DNA of 64,000 bases from a virus, in IMG/VR virus record IMGVR_UViG_3300028920_000049. The stretch is one strand, 5' to 3'. Made by a program: the position numbers and the translations under genes. The notes under the pieces were generated by a model. It ran no database searches. It worked only from the letters and a program-made list of their open reading frames with translations, and was not told where the DNA came from. Each line of letters begins with the position of its first letter. The first letter of the stretch is position 1. Below, one piece after another: positions 28,446 to 36,811 of this stretch.

Positions 28446-28885
28446 TATTCTTTCCTTTCTGCTTTCCTTGCATCTATCTCTAGAGGATTCATCTTGTATG
28501 GATCCCCTCTTATCGCACCAATTAGTAGTCCAAAACAGTACACAAATGGGAACAGCGGACCGAGTATGAACCACTGTATGCAGTGTCGCCTCTCGTGTCT
28601 GCAGGTCTTCTCAATAAACCTTCTGTCCCATGAGTGTAGGCTATCGTCTCGGTAAATGTAGGCGCAGGGTAGTCCGAGTCCACCCCAATTGGACCACCAC
28701 TTACTGTGGAGCTTGTTTAGGTTGGGGTTATCTCGATCAATTTTGAACCTGGCGATAAAAGGCCCATCCCATTGTTTGAATTCAATGTCCTTGAATATCC
28801 AGGAGGGCAGAATGTAGAACAACCATACTAAAATGGTCGCTGGGAGACACCAGAGGGCTCCCAGAAGATGTGCTAGTAGCTTCAT
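28445..28885 (-). CDS. hypothetical membrane protein with an HExxH motif
   Basis: TCRHERRH and hydrophobic segments. Confidence 0.55.
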   Translation of the reverse strand: MKLLAHLLGALWCLPATILVWLFYILPSWIFKDIEFKQWDGPFIARFKIDRDNPNLNKLHSKWWSNWGGLGLPCAYIYRDDSLHSWDRRFIEKTCRHERRHCIQWFILGPLFPFVYCFGLLIGAIRGDPYKMNPLEIDARKAERKE

Positions 28886-28902
28886 GAAAGCATTCTAGCA
28901 TG

Positions 28903-28978
28903 TGGTGCGGGCGAAGGGAATCGAACCCTCAGCATCCAGCTTGGAAGGCTGGCACTCTGCCAATTGAGTTACACCCGC
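28903..28978 (-). tRNA. tRNA-Gly(UCC)
   Basis: Loop CUUCCAA; CCA encoded. Confidence 0.95.
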
Positions 28979-28979
28979 A

Positions 28980-29056
28980 TGGTGCTCCCGGAGGGGCTCG
29001 AACCCTCATTTCCAGATTGAAAGTCTGACTACCTGACCTTTGGTAATGACGGGAGC
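28980..29056 (-). tRNA. tRNA-Glu(UUC)
   Basis: Loop CUUUCAA; CCA encoded. Confidence 0.9.
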
Positions 29057-29059
29057 TTG

Positions 29060-29132
29060 TGGACCGGGCCGGAATTGCACCGACGACACCCTGGGCTTCA
29101 ACCAAGTGCTCTACTATCTGAGCTACCGATCC
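29060..29132 (-). tRNA. tRNA-Phe(GAA)
   Basis: Loop UUGAAGC. Confidence 0.9.
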
Positions 29133-29368
29133 TCTTCTTCATGTACTTTCTCTACTATAGAGAAGAATTCATTTAAGTCCATTACTCTGACACCCTCTTG
29201 CTGCATACATATCTTAGCTAATTCCCAGGCTGTATCTAGAGCTGTCTCGTAGACAGCAAGACGCTCGAGCAGGTCATCTATCCTATTTCTCTGGACCTTT
29301 GCTAACTCTTCCCAAAGAGCTCTTTCTTTATCGTCCATTACTCTTCCGTTGTCAACTCTTGTTGACAT
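29123..29368 (-). CDS. hypothetical protein
   Basis: Coiled-coil-like; stop inside tRNA-Phe. Confidence 0.55.
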   Translation of the reverse strand: MSTRVDNGRVMDDKERALWEELAKVQRNRIDDLLERLAVYETALDTAWELAKICMQQEGVRVMDLNEFFSIVEKVHEEEDR

Positions 29369-29475
29369 CCACTGTAGTTAGTTGCTACGTTACATGTAGC
29401 GAAGGCTGCGAAGGCTAGGATTACTACCAGGCCCACGACTTTTACGATGTTATCTTGATGCATTGTCTATTCCTT

Positions 29476-30633
29476 TCACTTCTCCCCCAGTGCGGCGCGG
29501 GCGATAGCATAAACACGGCCCCGCCAATCATCGCAGTAGGCGCATTCGCCAAACTCCGCACGTATTTGCCGCAACGCATCCCGCAGCCGGTCCCGCTCGG
29601 CCTCGGCTTTCTCAACACGCTTCAACAAATCGGCGACGCCACGTGAAAACCCATCAGCTCTGGCTGTCTCTGCGTCCCGCTCGGACTCGGCTTTCTCGGC
29701 CGCCTCTTTCCATCCAACGAGCCGGCGGCGGTAGTTGTCGCGCTCGCGGGTGAGTGTGGCGACTTCGCGCTTGCGGTCTGCGTGTTCAGCGCTACGCACG
29801 CTGACCTGAAAATTGATGTCCTTCTCCAACTCGGCAATGCGGGCGCGGAGCGAGGCAACGCTATCGTGCTTCCAGCTATCGATTTCATCGCGCAGGTCTG
29901 CCTCGGCTCTATCCGCGCGCTGCTGCTCGTACCTGAATCCCTCCTCGGCAGCGTCCCGTTCGCGGGTGGCGCACACCAGCGCTCCGATGATCGCCGTTAC
30001 GGCATCCGCAACAGAGCCATCCCCGATGCCGAGGCGGTCACCGACGTCGGGCATTGACATGATGGCGTCGAGTTCTGCTCCATACCGGTCGCGCTCCTCG
30101 TGTAGGATTTCGTTCTCGCGGGTGAGGGTGGCGACATCTGAGAGTGGGTGGCCGGTGGCGTTCGCAACGGCTCCCTGTAGCTCCTGTGCCTGCGCCTCCA
30201 TCTCGGCAATGCGGGCGCGGCTTTTTAACTCGGCATCCTGCCACTGCCGCTTAAGCCTACGCTCACTCGCAATCTCTTCCCGCGCCTGCCGCAGGTCGGC
30301 GATGAGGCGAATGGTTTTCGGATCCTTGATTGTGGCTCTGCGCTCCAGGTCTTCCCACTTCCGCAACTCCTCCTCGCTCACCGGCTCGCTCGGCTCGGGG
30401 TCGACAAGGCCGAGGCGGACTGCTACCGGAATATAGTCAGACTCGGGAGTGGGGGTTTCCGACTCGGGAGCGACCCGGGCCAAGTATTCGTCTATCGCAT
30501 CGACCACCCGGAGGCCAGAGCCATCGATCTGTGCCCGCGCCTCACGCAGCAACTCGATGGCTTCGGCGAGCTTCTCCGTTGCCTCTTGTAACTGTGCACC
30601 TGAAGCGGATTTGTTTCTATCAAAATGGTGCAT
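29476..30633 (-). CDS. coiled-coil phage protein in a GC-rich segment
   Basis: 385 aa with repeated RARIAE/TLTRE heptads and a C-terminal CAYC. Confidence 0.65.
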   Translation of the reverse strand: MHHFDRNKSASGAQLQEATEKLAEAIELLREARAQIDGSGLRVVDAIDEYLARVAPESETPTPESDYIPVAVRLGLVDPEPSEPVSEEELRKWEDLERRATIKDPKTIRLIADLRQAREEIASERRLKRQWQDAELKSRARIAEMEAQAQELQGAVANATGHPLSDVATLTRENEILHEERDRYGAELDAIMSMPDVGDRLGIGDGSVADAVTAIIGALVCATRERDAAEEGFRYEQQRADRAEADLRDEIDSWKHDSVASLRARIAELEKDINFQVSVRSAEHADRKREVATLTRERDNYRRRLVGWKEAAEKAESERDAETARADGFSRGVADLLKRVEKAEAERDRLRDALRQIRAEFGECAYCDDWRGRVYAIARAALGEK

Positions 30634-30675
30634 TATCCTGTCTTTCTCTTGTTTTGTTGCTATTAGAGTGGTGTA

Positions 30676-30849
30676 TTATTCTTCAATGATGTCGCCACTC
30701 ATATCTACTAAAAGTCTGTAGCCATTGTCATTCGTGAATCTGCGAACCTGAATGTCCGTGACTTGAACTATTAGTCCGTCTACTTCGTAGATACGACCGA
30801 GTTCGATGTTGTGGCTGATCTCGTTGTCTTTTTTCTTTTTCTTTGCCAT
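30676..30849 (-). CDS. hypothetical protein
   Basis: Start MAKKK at 30849 after GAGG (track extension is tRNA-Arg sequence). Confidence 0.5.
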   Translation of the reverse strand: MAKKKKKDNEISHNIELGRIYEVDGLIVQVTDIQVRRFTNDNGYRLLVDMSGDIIEE

Positions 30850-30867
30850 GATTTCCTCGCTTTCTTG

Positions 30868-30942
30868 AGCCCCTGACAGGATTCGAACCTGCATAAATAC
30901 TGATTTCGTAGACCAGTGCCTATCCAGTTAGACTACAGGGGC
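30868..30942 (-). tRNA. tRNA-Arg(ACG)
   Basis: Loop CUACGAA. Confidence 0.93.
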
Positions 30943-30945
30943 AGG

Positions 30946-31064
30946 AGGTGAGAATTAGCGACTAGAGAAGAAAATACCGCCCTTTGCGGCCATGTCAGCT
31001 TGTCCCTTTCGGGTGCTATCATAAGGAGTTGAACCTTGAAGTATCTCTAACCTTCACTTGACCT
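30946..31064 (-). ncRNA. Y RNA-like (YrlA-type) copy 1
   Basis: AGGU...ACCU ends, motif GUGAAGGUUAGAGAUACUUC, T-arm AAGG-UUCAACU-CCUU, and two further hairpins. Confidence 0.75.
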
Positions 31065-31067
31065 TGT

Positions 31068-31206
31068 GAGCAGTAGAGGGATTGGCTCTTACTGCTCTGT
31101 CGAGGTTACCAAGCGTTCACTTGGCGGGCTACTGCTTCCGGCTGGGTCACCCTGATACCTTCTCGGTACCACCTCTAGGACATACCAGTTGATCACACCG
31201 ATATGT
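31068..31206 (-). ncRNA. unidentified structured RNA (multi-stem domain flanked by hairpins)
   Basis: GAGGU/ACCUC closes several short hairpins, including GUACC-GAGA-(A)GGUAU; hairpin GAGCAGUA/UACUGCUC. Confidence 0.5.
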
Positions 31207-31210
31207 CTTG

Positions 31211-31254
31211 TGGAGTCGATGGGGCTTGAACCCATTGCAAATCCCGTAGACTCC
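31211..31254 (-). ncRNA. 44-nt tRNA-like minihelix (acceptor stem and T-arm only)
   Basis: GGAGUC/GACUCC-A acceptor stem, T-arm AUGGG-UUCAAGC-CCCAU, 12-nt linker. Confidence 0.6.
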
Positions 31255-31265
31255 TGATATTATCT

Positions 31266-31339
31266 TGGTGGAGGATAGGGGAGTCAAACCCCTAATTCAG
31301 CCGTGCAAAGGCTGCGTGATCTCATTTCACCAATCCCCC
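31266..31339 (-). tRNA. tRNA-Ala(UGC)
   Basis: Loop UUUGCAC, G3-U70 pair, CCA encoded. Confidence 0.92.
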
Positions 31340-31350
31340 AGGAGTTGTTA

Positions 31351-31845
31351 ATGATTACAAGACAATGTAAACAGTGTCAAGAAGAATTTCAGCCAGATCC
31401 TCGAGAAGTTAAGCGAGGGAATGGTTATTTCTGTTCCTTGTCCTGTTCTGCTAAGTTCAATAGCCTGAAGCGTTCAGCTAAGCTAAATAAACCCAATGTC
31501 TCTTGTGCCTATTGTCAGAAGAGATTCTATAAGAGCCCTAGTAAGCAAAAGAAGTCCAAGTCAGGCTTGTTCTTTTGCTGCCGAGCTCATAAAGATCTAG
31601 CTAATCGTCTGGATGGAATTAAGGCGATCCATCCTCCGCATTTTGGTCAGGACAACTCTAGGCATTATCGCACTCTGGCTCTACGTAAATTGCCCAACCG
31701 ATGTAACCGATGTCCTTATGATAAGTTCGTTGAGGCTTTAGTTGTACATCATAAAGACCATGATAGGAGCAACAATAAGTTATCTAACTTAGAGGTCCTT
31801 TGCCCTACTTGTCATTGGGAGCATCATCTAGGCTTAACAAATTGA
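31351..31845 (+). CDS. HNH homing endonuclease (the only well-supported plus-strand gene)
   Basis: Tandem CxxC...CSxxC zinc motifs and VVHHKDHDRSNNKLSNLEVLCPTCHWEHH. Start at 31351 after AGGAG. Confidence 0.88.
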   Translation: MITRQCKQCQEEFQPDPREVKRGNGYFCSLSCSAKFNSLKRSAKLNKPNVSCAYCQKRFYKSPSKQKKSKSGLFFCCRAHKDLANRLDGIKAIHPPHFGQDNSRHYRTLALRKLPNRCNRCPYDKFVEALVVHHKDHDRSNNKLSNLEVLCPTCHWEHHLGLTN

Positions 31846-31856
31846 GCTACGACCCC
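31840..31856 (-). pseudogene. tRNA 5' remnant
   Basis: GGGGUCGUAGCUCAAUU; first 14 nt identical to the tRNA-Lys(UUU) 5' end. Contains the HNH stop on the other strand. Confidence 0.6.
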
Positions 31857-31880
31857 AGAAGTCAGATGATCTAACTATTC

Positions 31881-32093
31881 TTATTTTCTGTCAAGGATTT
31901 TACGCGCTTCTACTATTCTTTCGTTGAGAGTTCTAAGTCTAGCATTCCTTTCAGCTAGTGTCTTGAGTAGAAACGTAATGTCTTGTTGATACTTAGCCTC
32001 CCAGAAGGTGGCGGTCAGGGTCTCCGTTCTGCCAGCCTTGATCTCTGTCAGGGTTTGCAACACGTCATTGATTATTTCTTCATAGCTGGCCAT
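31881..32093 (-). CDS. hypothetical protein
   Basis: 70 aa with an AGGAG RBS. Confidence 0.55.
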   Translation of the reverse strand: MASYEEIINDVLQTLTEIKAGRTETLTATFWEAKYQQDITFLLKTLAERNARLRTLNERIVEARKILDRK

Positions 32094-32101
32094 GCTGTCT
32101 C

Positions 32102-32383
32102 CTAGTAATAGGTATGTGAGTTGATGCTCACGCGAGTGCTCTTGATTGCCTTCTTGATCAGTCTCTCGAGCTCTTTCTCCATGTTTTTGGCAAAGGTCTC
32201 CTTAATTCTCTTCTGTAAAGCTGGTCTTAGCTCTCTCATGAGTTTCTTGACTTCCTTGTCGACGACCTCGGCCATATTCTGGCTTAGTCTTTGCTTGAAG
32301 TTATTATTATACTGCTCTCTGATGAACTTGCGCTCATCAACAGACATCTTCTGCATGATCTCTTCGAATAGATCTCTTGGCAT
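32102..32383 (-). CDS. hypothetical coiled-coil protein
   Basis: 93 aa with an AGGAG RBS. Confidence 0.55.
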   Translation of the reverse strand: MPRDLFEEIMQKMSVDERKFIREQYNNNFKQRLSQNMAEVVDKEVKKLMRELRPALQKRIKETFAKNMEKELERLIKKAIKSTRVSINSHTYY

Positions 32384-32403
32384 TTCTCTCTCTCTCCTGT
32401 TTG

Positions 32404-32474
32404 TTGGGGCACTAGGATTCGAACCTAGAATAAGTGGGTCAGAGCCACCCAGTTTACCATTAGCTTATGCCCCA
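32404..32474 (-). tRNA. tRNA-Gln(CUG)
   Basis: Loop CUCUGAC; U1-A72. Confidence 0.92.
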
Positions 32475-32488
32475 ATGTGATGTTTTCT

Positions 32489-32743
32489 CTAGTAGTCACT
32501 CCAGCCAATGTATGACTTGTCGATATACTCTCTTGCCATCTCTGGTAACTTCTTGTCCAGTAGCTCCTTGACTTGCTTCTGAACCTCTGTGTCGATCTTA
32601 TTTTTGTTCTCTTTAATATAGCGCTTGACAGCTTTGTGAGCCAGTTTTCTGGCTTCCTCTTTCACGAAGTTGTCCAGGTTCTCTTGGACTGCGCGATCGA
32701 ATGCTCTTTCTTGAGCCTTGGTAAACTCGTTTTTGACTGTCAT
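32489..32743 (-). CDS. hypothetical coiled-coil protein
   Basis: 84 aa with an AGGAG RBS. Confidence 0.55.
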   Translation of the reverse strand: MTVKNEFTKAQERAFDRAVQENLDNFVKEEARKLAHKAVKRYIKENKNKIDTEVQKQVKELLDKKLPEMAREYIDKSYIGWSDY

Positions 32744-32753
32744 TTTAATCTCC

Positions 32754-32828
32754 TGGTTGAGGGGGAGAGGATCGAACTCTCGACATCTAGGGCCAAAACC
32801 TAGCGCTCTACCGCTGAACTACCCCTCA
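32754..32828 (-). tRNA. tRNA-Gln(UUG)
   Basis: Loop UUUUGGC, U1-A72, CCA encoded. Confidence 0.93.
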
Positions 32829-32833
32829 AGAGT

Positions 32834-33079
32834 TTAGTTATTTTCTACCTTCGCGTATTTCTTGATTAATTGTGCACATCTAGTCTCGTCAATTGAAGCT
32901 GTTCCCTGACCGAGTTTCAGCGCACAGATATGGTTCTCTACATCAATAAAATAGATTGCGTTAAATTGTATATTAACGTAGATAATTCCCGGATTATCGT
33001 CTTTAAGGATGGCGTTTTCAGAACACCCCCATAGCATTATTGCTATGAATACGAGAGCCGAGAAGAGTCTCTTTCTCAT
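32834..33079 (-). CDS. putative lipoprotein
   Basis: Basic N-terminus, hydrophobic core and lipobox LWGC. Confidence 0.6.
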   Translation of the reverse strand: MRKRLFSALVFIAIMLWGCSENAILKDDNPGIIYVNIQFNAIYFIDVENHICALKLGQGTASIDETRCAQLIKKYAKVENN

Positions 33080-33089
33080 CTTTATCTCC

Positions 33090-33166
33090 TGGTGGGGTCG
33101 GAGGGATTCGAACCCTCGACCGCCTGGTTAAAAGCCAGATGCTCTACGCTACTGAGCTACGACCCC
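33090..33166 (-). tRNA. tRNA-Lys(UUU)
   Basis: Loop CUUUUAA; CCA encoded. Confidence 0.95.
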
Positions 33167-33394
33167 ATTCTTGCCTGATACTTCGTCTTGCATCTCTTTC
33201 ATAATACTGGGTGAGATATGCACGCTGTCAAGCACAATACATTGCTTCATAGAGTGGCATATGTCACACTCTGCTACTTCTTCTGATTCCCTGATAGGCA
33301 GGGGGAAGCGCATGGCGCATGATTTGCAGTATTTCATGGTTCGTTTGCTGGTCACTTCAGCCTCTTGCTGTCTGTCTGTCTTTCCGAATCCCAC
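33149..33394 (-). CDS. small zinc-binding protein
   Basis: CKSC...CDIC; stop inside tRNA-Lys; start uncertain. Confidence 0.5.
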   Translation of the reverse strand: MGFGKTDRQQEAEVTSKRTMKYCKSCAMRFPLPIRESEEVAECDICHSMKQCIVLDSVHISPSIMKEMQDEVSGKNGVVAQ

Positions 33395-34158
33395 TTAAAG
33401 CTAGTTCCACGCAGTTCTCCTGAGTGACTATCCTGAATTCCATCTGAACTTCCAGCGGTCCCAGTGTAGAAGCCTGTTGATGCAACTGCCCCACCGCCTG
33501 TGTTAGAGGCGTTAACCAGATGATCATAGTACTGCTGGGATGCGACGTCCTTAGTTATTGTCATTTGTCTGAGGCCAGCAGCATCAGCAGTCCACCGTAT
33601 AGTGTTCCCTGCATTGATATTGGTGGCATCCTGAACTTCGGCTAGGTCCTGGTTCGCTCCTTCATAGACGAATGTCCACCGCCCGGTGGCCTGCATCTCC
33701 CGCACCATAGCTGAGATATGGGATGCTCCAAAGTTCTTTGAGTTATTTTCAACTCCGTCACTCATGATGAACATGAGTACTGAGGTGTTTTTGTCATTGA
33801 TATCAGGCTGCTGTTGCAGTCTTTGAATTACATACCCAACGGCATCATACATTGCTGTCATACCAAAGGGCTCATAATCTTCCAGTGGAATCGGATCGAT
33901 CTCTTGCAGCGGGCGACACCAGAGTTCTGGTTGGTCTACCTTGCTGGAGAATGTGACCAGAGATACCTCCGTTTTGATATGGTCTTGGCCTTCAAGGCCG
34001 CTCTTCGTCTGCTCAACCTGGTGGTTGATACAATCTAGTGCTTCTTCTCTGATGCTTTTCATGCTAGTAGAGCGATCCAGCAGGAACACTACATAGTGCT
34101 TCATCTGGACTGGCCCTTCATTTACTTCATCAATTACTTGCTCGAGTCTGTCTGTCAT
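33352..34158 (-). CDS. von Willebrand factor A domain protein
   Basis: MIDAS motif FLLDRSTSM, GMTAMYDAVG and FIMSDGVEN. Confidence 0.85.
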   Translation of the reverse strand: MTDRLEQVIDEVNEGPVQMKHYVVFLLDRSTSMKSIREEALDCINHQVEQTKSGLEGQDHIKTEVSLVTFSSKVDQPELWCRPLQEIDPIPLEDYEPFGMTAMYDAVGYVIQRLQQQPDINDKNTSVLMFIMSDGVENNSKNFGASHISAMVREMQATGRWTFVYEGANQDLAEVQDATNINAGNTIRWTADAAGLRQMTITKDVASQQYYDHLVNASNTGGGAVASTGFYTGTAGSSDGIQDSHSGELRGTSFKWDSERQTDSKRLK

Positions 34159-34496
34159 TATGCCCTTCCATAATCATCAGAGAAGCGTTCGATATCGTCT
34201 TCTCCGAAGTAGGTCCCCGTCTGTACCTCGATAAAGATCAGGGGCTCTTCTCCTGTGTTGTGCATTCTATGTATAACTCCCACCGGAACGTGGAAGTAGC
34301 TGTTTGGTGTTACGTCTTCCTCATACCTGCCTAGAGTAATGATTCCTGTGCCCTGAATGATGACCCAGAACTCGCGTCTCATTTGGTGGCTTTGCAGGCT
34401 GAGCTTTTGCCCTGGATTTACACAGATCCTTTTGACCTTGTGTGTCTCATTGTCAGATAGGACTTCGTACCAGCCCCAGGGTCTGTGCTCTTGCAT
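34158..34496 (-). CDS. cupin, mannose-6-phosphate isomerase type II C-terminal-like
   Basis: RPWGWYEVL, LSLQSHQMRREFWV, HRMHN and IEVQTGTYFGEDDIERFSDDYGR. Start MQEH at 34496. Confidence 0.88.
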   Translation of the reverse strand: MQEHRPWGWYEVLSDNETHKVKRICVNPGQKLSLQSHQMRREFWVIIQGTGIITLGRYEEDVTPNSYFHVPVGVIHRMHNTGEEPLIFIEVQTGTYFGEDDIERFSDDYGRA

Positions 34497-34517
34497 GATT
34501 AGTCCTTTATTAGTTTG

Positions 34518-34560
34518 TGTGGATGGCGAGATTCGAACTCCCACGCCCTCACGGACACTA
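34518..34560 (-). pseudogene. 3' half of a class II (Leu/Ser-type) tRNA
   Basis: Variable arm UGUCCGUGAGGGCG, T-arm GGGAG-UUCGAAU-CUCGC, acceptor 3' strand CAUCCAC-A. No matching 5' half next to it. Confidence 0.6.
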
Positions 34561-34788
34561 AAAATCTAACAGCTCCAATCCTGTCGCACATTTGGGTACT
34601 GCTGAGCCAAAGAGAACAGGGAAATCAATATACATGTCTTTTACTATATGTTTCATCCACTCTGGTGTTGGAGTTTTGGTGACGATCCAGTATCGCCATC
34701 CAGTTGAAGTCATCTCTCTGTTGGCATCACAGTTAGCACATTCTTCATGTCTATCCTGTGTTACCCACTGGTGTTCCTTCTTGTCCAT
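34558..34788 (-). CDS. hypothetical protein
   Basis: 76 aa with a GGAG RBS. Confidence 0.5.
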   Translation of the reverse strand: MDKKEHQWVTQDRHEECANCDANREMTSTGWRYWIVTKTPTPEWMKHIVKDMYIDFPVLFGSAVPKCATGLELLDF

Positions 34789-34799
34789 CTTCCGCTCCG

Positions 34800-34886
34800 T
34801 GGTGGGCGAGACAGGATTCGAACCTGCACATCCGAAGATACACGGGCCTAAACCGTGCGCGTATTCCTGAGTTCCGCCACTCGCCC
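34800..34886 (-). tRNA. tRNA-Leu(UAG)
   Basis: Loop UUUAGGC, long variable arm, CCA encoded. Confidence 0.93.
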
Positions 34887-35147
34887 TTTATTCTTCCCGC
34901 TATTGTTAAAGGTCTGAGCATGACAGTTTGGACAAAGGATTTGCAAATTTTCTATCCTATTGTCCCACCTATCTCCATTAATATGGTGAAGCTCCAATGG
35001 AATAGGGTAACCGTTCCATTCACTTCTGCTGCACCTCTCACAATTTCTGTCTTTTAGTCCGTCCTCTATTAGCTTAGTCTTTAGTTTGTGGCTATTGATG
35101 AGCTTACCATCTTTCTCAAGGTAATCAATTGCCGGTGTTCTTTGCGT
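34848..35147 (-). pseudogene. startless HNH endonuclease remnant (not in the ORF track)
   Basis: Hand translation: KLKTKLIEDGLKDRNCERC...PLELHHINGDRWDNRIENLQILCPNCHAQT. In frame after the def TAG TAG; ends at the tRNA-Leu anticodon. Confidence 0.8.
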
Positions 35148-35150
35148 CTA

Positions 35151-35819
35151 CTAAACAGTTGGGGGTGTCAAGAATTCTGAGTGGTCTTTCAACGCCTTCT
35201 TCAACTGGTTCAGTCTATTGTATTCATTCTTCTTTTGGTCCTTGATGTACCTGTTCCAGCGTCGGTCATTCTTCTTGAGCTTGCTCGCAATCGTGTCTCT
35301 CTTGAGTTTAGAGAGGTAGTCGAGCATGGTCTTCCCATTGAGGTGATCTACCTCATGTTGGATGCACCTAGCTAGTAGGTGACTAGCGTCCAGTGTCTGA
35401 ATCATGCCGTCTTCGTCATGGTACTGCACTCGAATCTTTTCATGCCTTGGTACCTTGACCTTGACTCCTGGCATAGACAGACATCCCTCGAGAGACTCTA
35501 CGAGTTTGCCAGACCTGTCTGTGATGACTGGGTTAACCAAACATCCCTCGTCTGCTCCTACACTGTAGGTAATGACAGGGAGTTTCCTGTTGATCTGTGG
35601 TGCAGCTAGACCAATGCCACCCAGTGCTTTCATTGTTTCAAACATTTCGATGATCAGGCTGGTAAGCTTTCTGTCAAAGTTCTTGATCTCTGCCTTAACG
35701 GGCTGTCTCAAGATCATGTCAGGGTAGATAGCAAGCTTGGAGTCGTGCGGATCAACGGACTCTTGCGTAAGCGTTGTCTTCAACGGATCTGGCCTCTCGG
35801 CAAGCTTCTCAGGTTCCAT
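35151..35819 (-). CDS. def: peptide deformylase
   Basis: GIGLAAPQI, EGCLS and QHEVDHLNG. Confidence 0.95.
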   Translation of the reverse strand: MEPEKLAERPDPLKTTLTQESVDPHDSKLAIYPDMILRQPVKAEIKNFDRKLTSLIIEMFETMKALGGIGLAAPQINRKLPVITYSVGADEGCLVNPVITDRSGKLVESLEGCLSMPGVKVKVPRHEKIRVQYHDEDGMIQTLDASHLLARCIQHEVDHLNGKTMLDYLSKLKRDTIASKLKKNDRRWNRYIKDQKKNEYNRLNQLKKALKDHSEFLTPPTV

Positions 35820-35942
35820 GTATATTAGCTCTTTCTCTTTGGCTTAAGGTTCCTAATCTTAGGACCTCTCTTCTTACCAAAAGCACGCAGCCAACGTCTG
35901 ATCTTGCGTGATGGTTTCTTCATTAATATCACTCCCTAAATA

Positions 35943-36016
35943 TGGCGGGTCGACCAAGATTTGAACTCGGACCAAAAGTTTTGGAGACTTTCATGCTACC
36001 GTTACACCATCGACCC
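35943..36016 (-). tRNA. tRNA-Trp(CCA)
   Basis: Loop CUCCAAA; CCA encoded. Confidence 0.93.
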
Positions 36017-36026
36017 GTAGCGCCGC

Positions 36027-36055
36027 ATTGTACTCAGTTGTTTTTCCGAGTACAA
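36027..36055 (-). promoter_or_regulatory. sigma70-like promoter for tRNA-Trp
   Basis: TTGTAC-17 nt-TACAAT ending about 10 nt upstream of the tRNA. Confidence 0.55.
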
Positions 36056-36073
36056 GTTTTATATTTGCACACT

Positions 36074-36256
36074 TTATTTCTTAGTCAATACAAGATCGGC
36101 TCTTATTTCCCAGTGACGTTCACATAAAGGGAGATCATGCTTGGTCAACTTATGAGTAGCGTCGATCACCATTGATGGCTCTGTGCATCTAGCTGCCGCG
36201 CACCAGTCGCGAGGATACCCATCTTCACTTGGGCGCTTGAGTTGTAACTTTCTCAC
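36074..36256 (-). CDS. small Cys/His-containing protein
   Basis: CAAARC...CERH. Confidence 0.45.
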   Translation of the reverse strand: MRKLQLKRPSEDGYPRDWCAAARCTEPSMVIDATHKLTKHDLPLCERHWEIRADLVLTKK

Positions 36257-36563
36257 CAGCGCTTACCTTTGTTGTGCACTCAGGAATCTGTGTCCATATC
36301 CCAAACAGGATACCAAGGAAAGCAATTACTATTGCTACGTTGATTAGCTTGCCTGTCGTTGTTAATCTCTTGGCCATTAACTAGTCCTTTCTGTCTATTT
36401 CTAGATTGCTTCGGGCTTCCTGTATCTTACGTCTAGCCTGATACATCAGTTCAGCTATGTATTCTCTTTTAGCCTGCTCTGCGCAGACCATGGCGTGAAA
36501 GAGGTCTTCTTCTAGCTCAACCAGAGCTAGGCTTAGTTGTTGTTCTTGTTCTGTCATTGTTTG

Positions 36564-36636
36564 TGACCCTGACGAGATTTGAACTCGTAGTCTTTGCCTT
36601 GAGAGGGCAATGTCCTAACCGTTAGACGACAGGGCC
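36564..36636 (-). tRNA. tRNA-Glu(CUC)
   Basis: Loop CUCUCAA. Confidence 0.93.
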
Positions 36637-36639
36637 GTG

Positions 36640-36722
36640 TGCCGGTGGAGAGATTCGAACTCTCAATCTCTTACGAGCAGGAGATTTTAAGTCTCCAGTG
36701 TATACCGTTCCACCACACCGGC
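36640..36722 (-). tRNA. tRNA-Leu(UAA)
   Basis: Loop CUUAAAA; long variable arm. Confidence 0.93.
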
Positions 36723-36728
36723 TTATTG

Positions 36729-36811
36729 TGCGGGTGAAGAGAGTCGAACTCTTACGCCCCGAAGGACACGGGTTTTTGAGACCCGTCTGTCTACCATTCC
36801 ATCACACCCGC
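36729..36811 (-). tRNA. tRNA-Leu(CAA)
   Basis: Loop CUCAAAA; long variable arm. Confidence 0.93.

Noticed and set aside
31100-31180. SRP RNA or FMN riboswitch
   Set aside because: It lacks the long SRP hairpin with a proper CAGG/AGCA loop, and the second half of the FMN aptamer.
34848-35819. TAG recoding (genetic code 15), suggested by the in-frame HNH after TAG TAG
   Set aside because: No CUA-anticodon tRNA is present, long conserved genes are intact in the standard code, and many genes end naturally at TAG.
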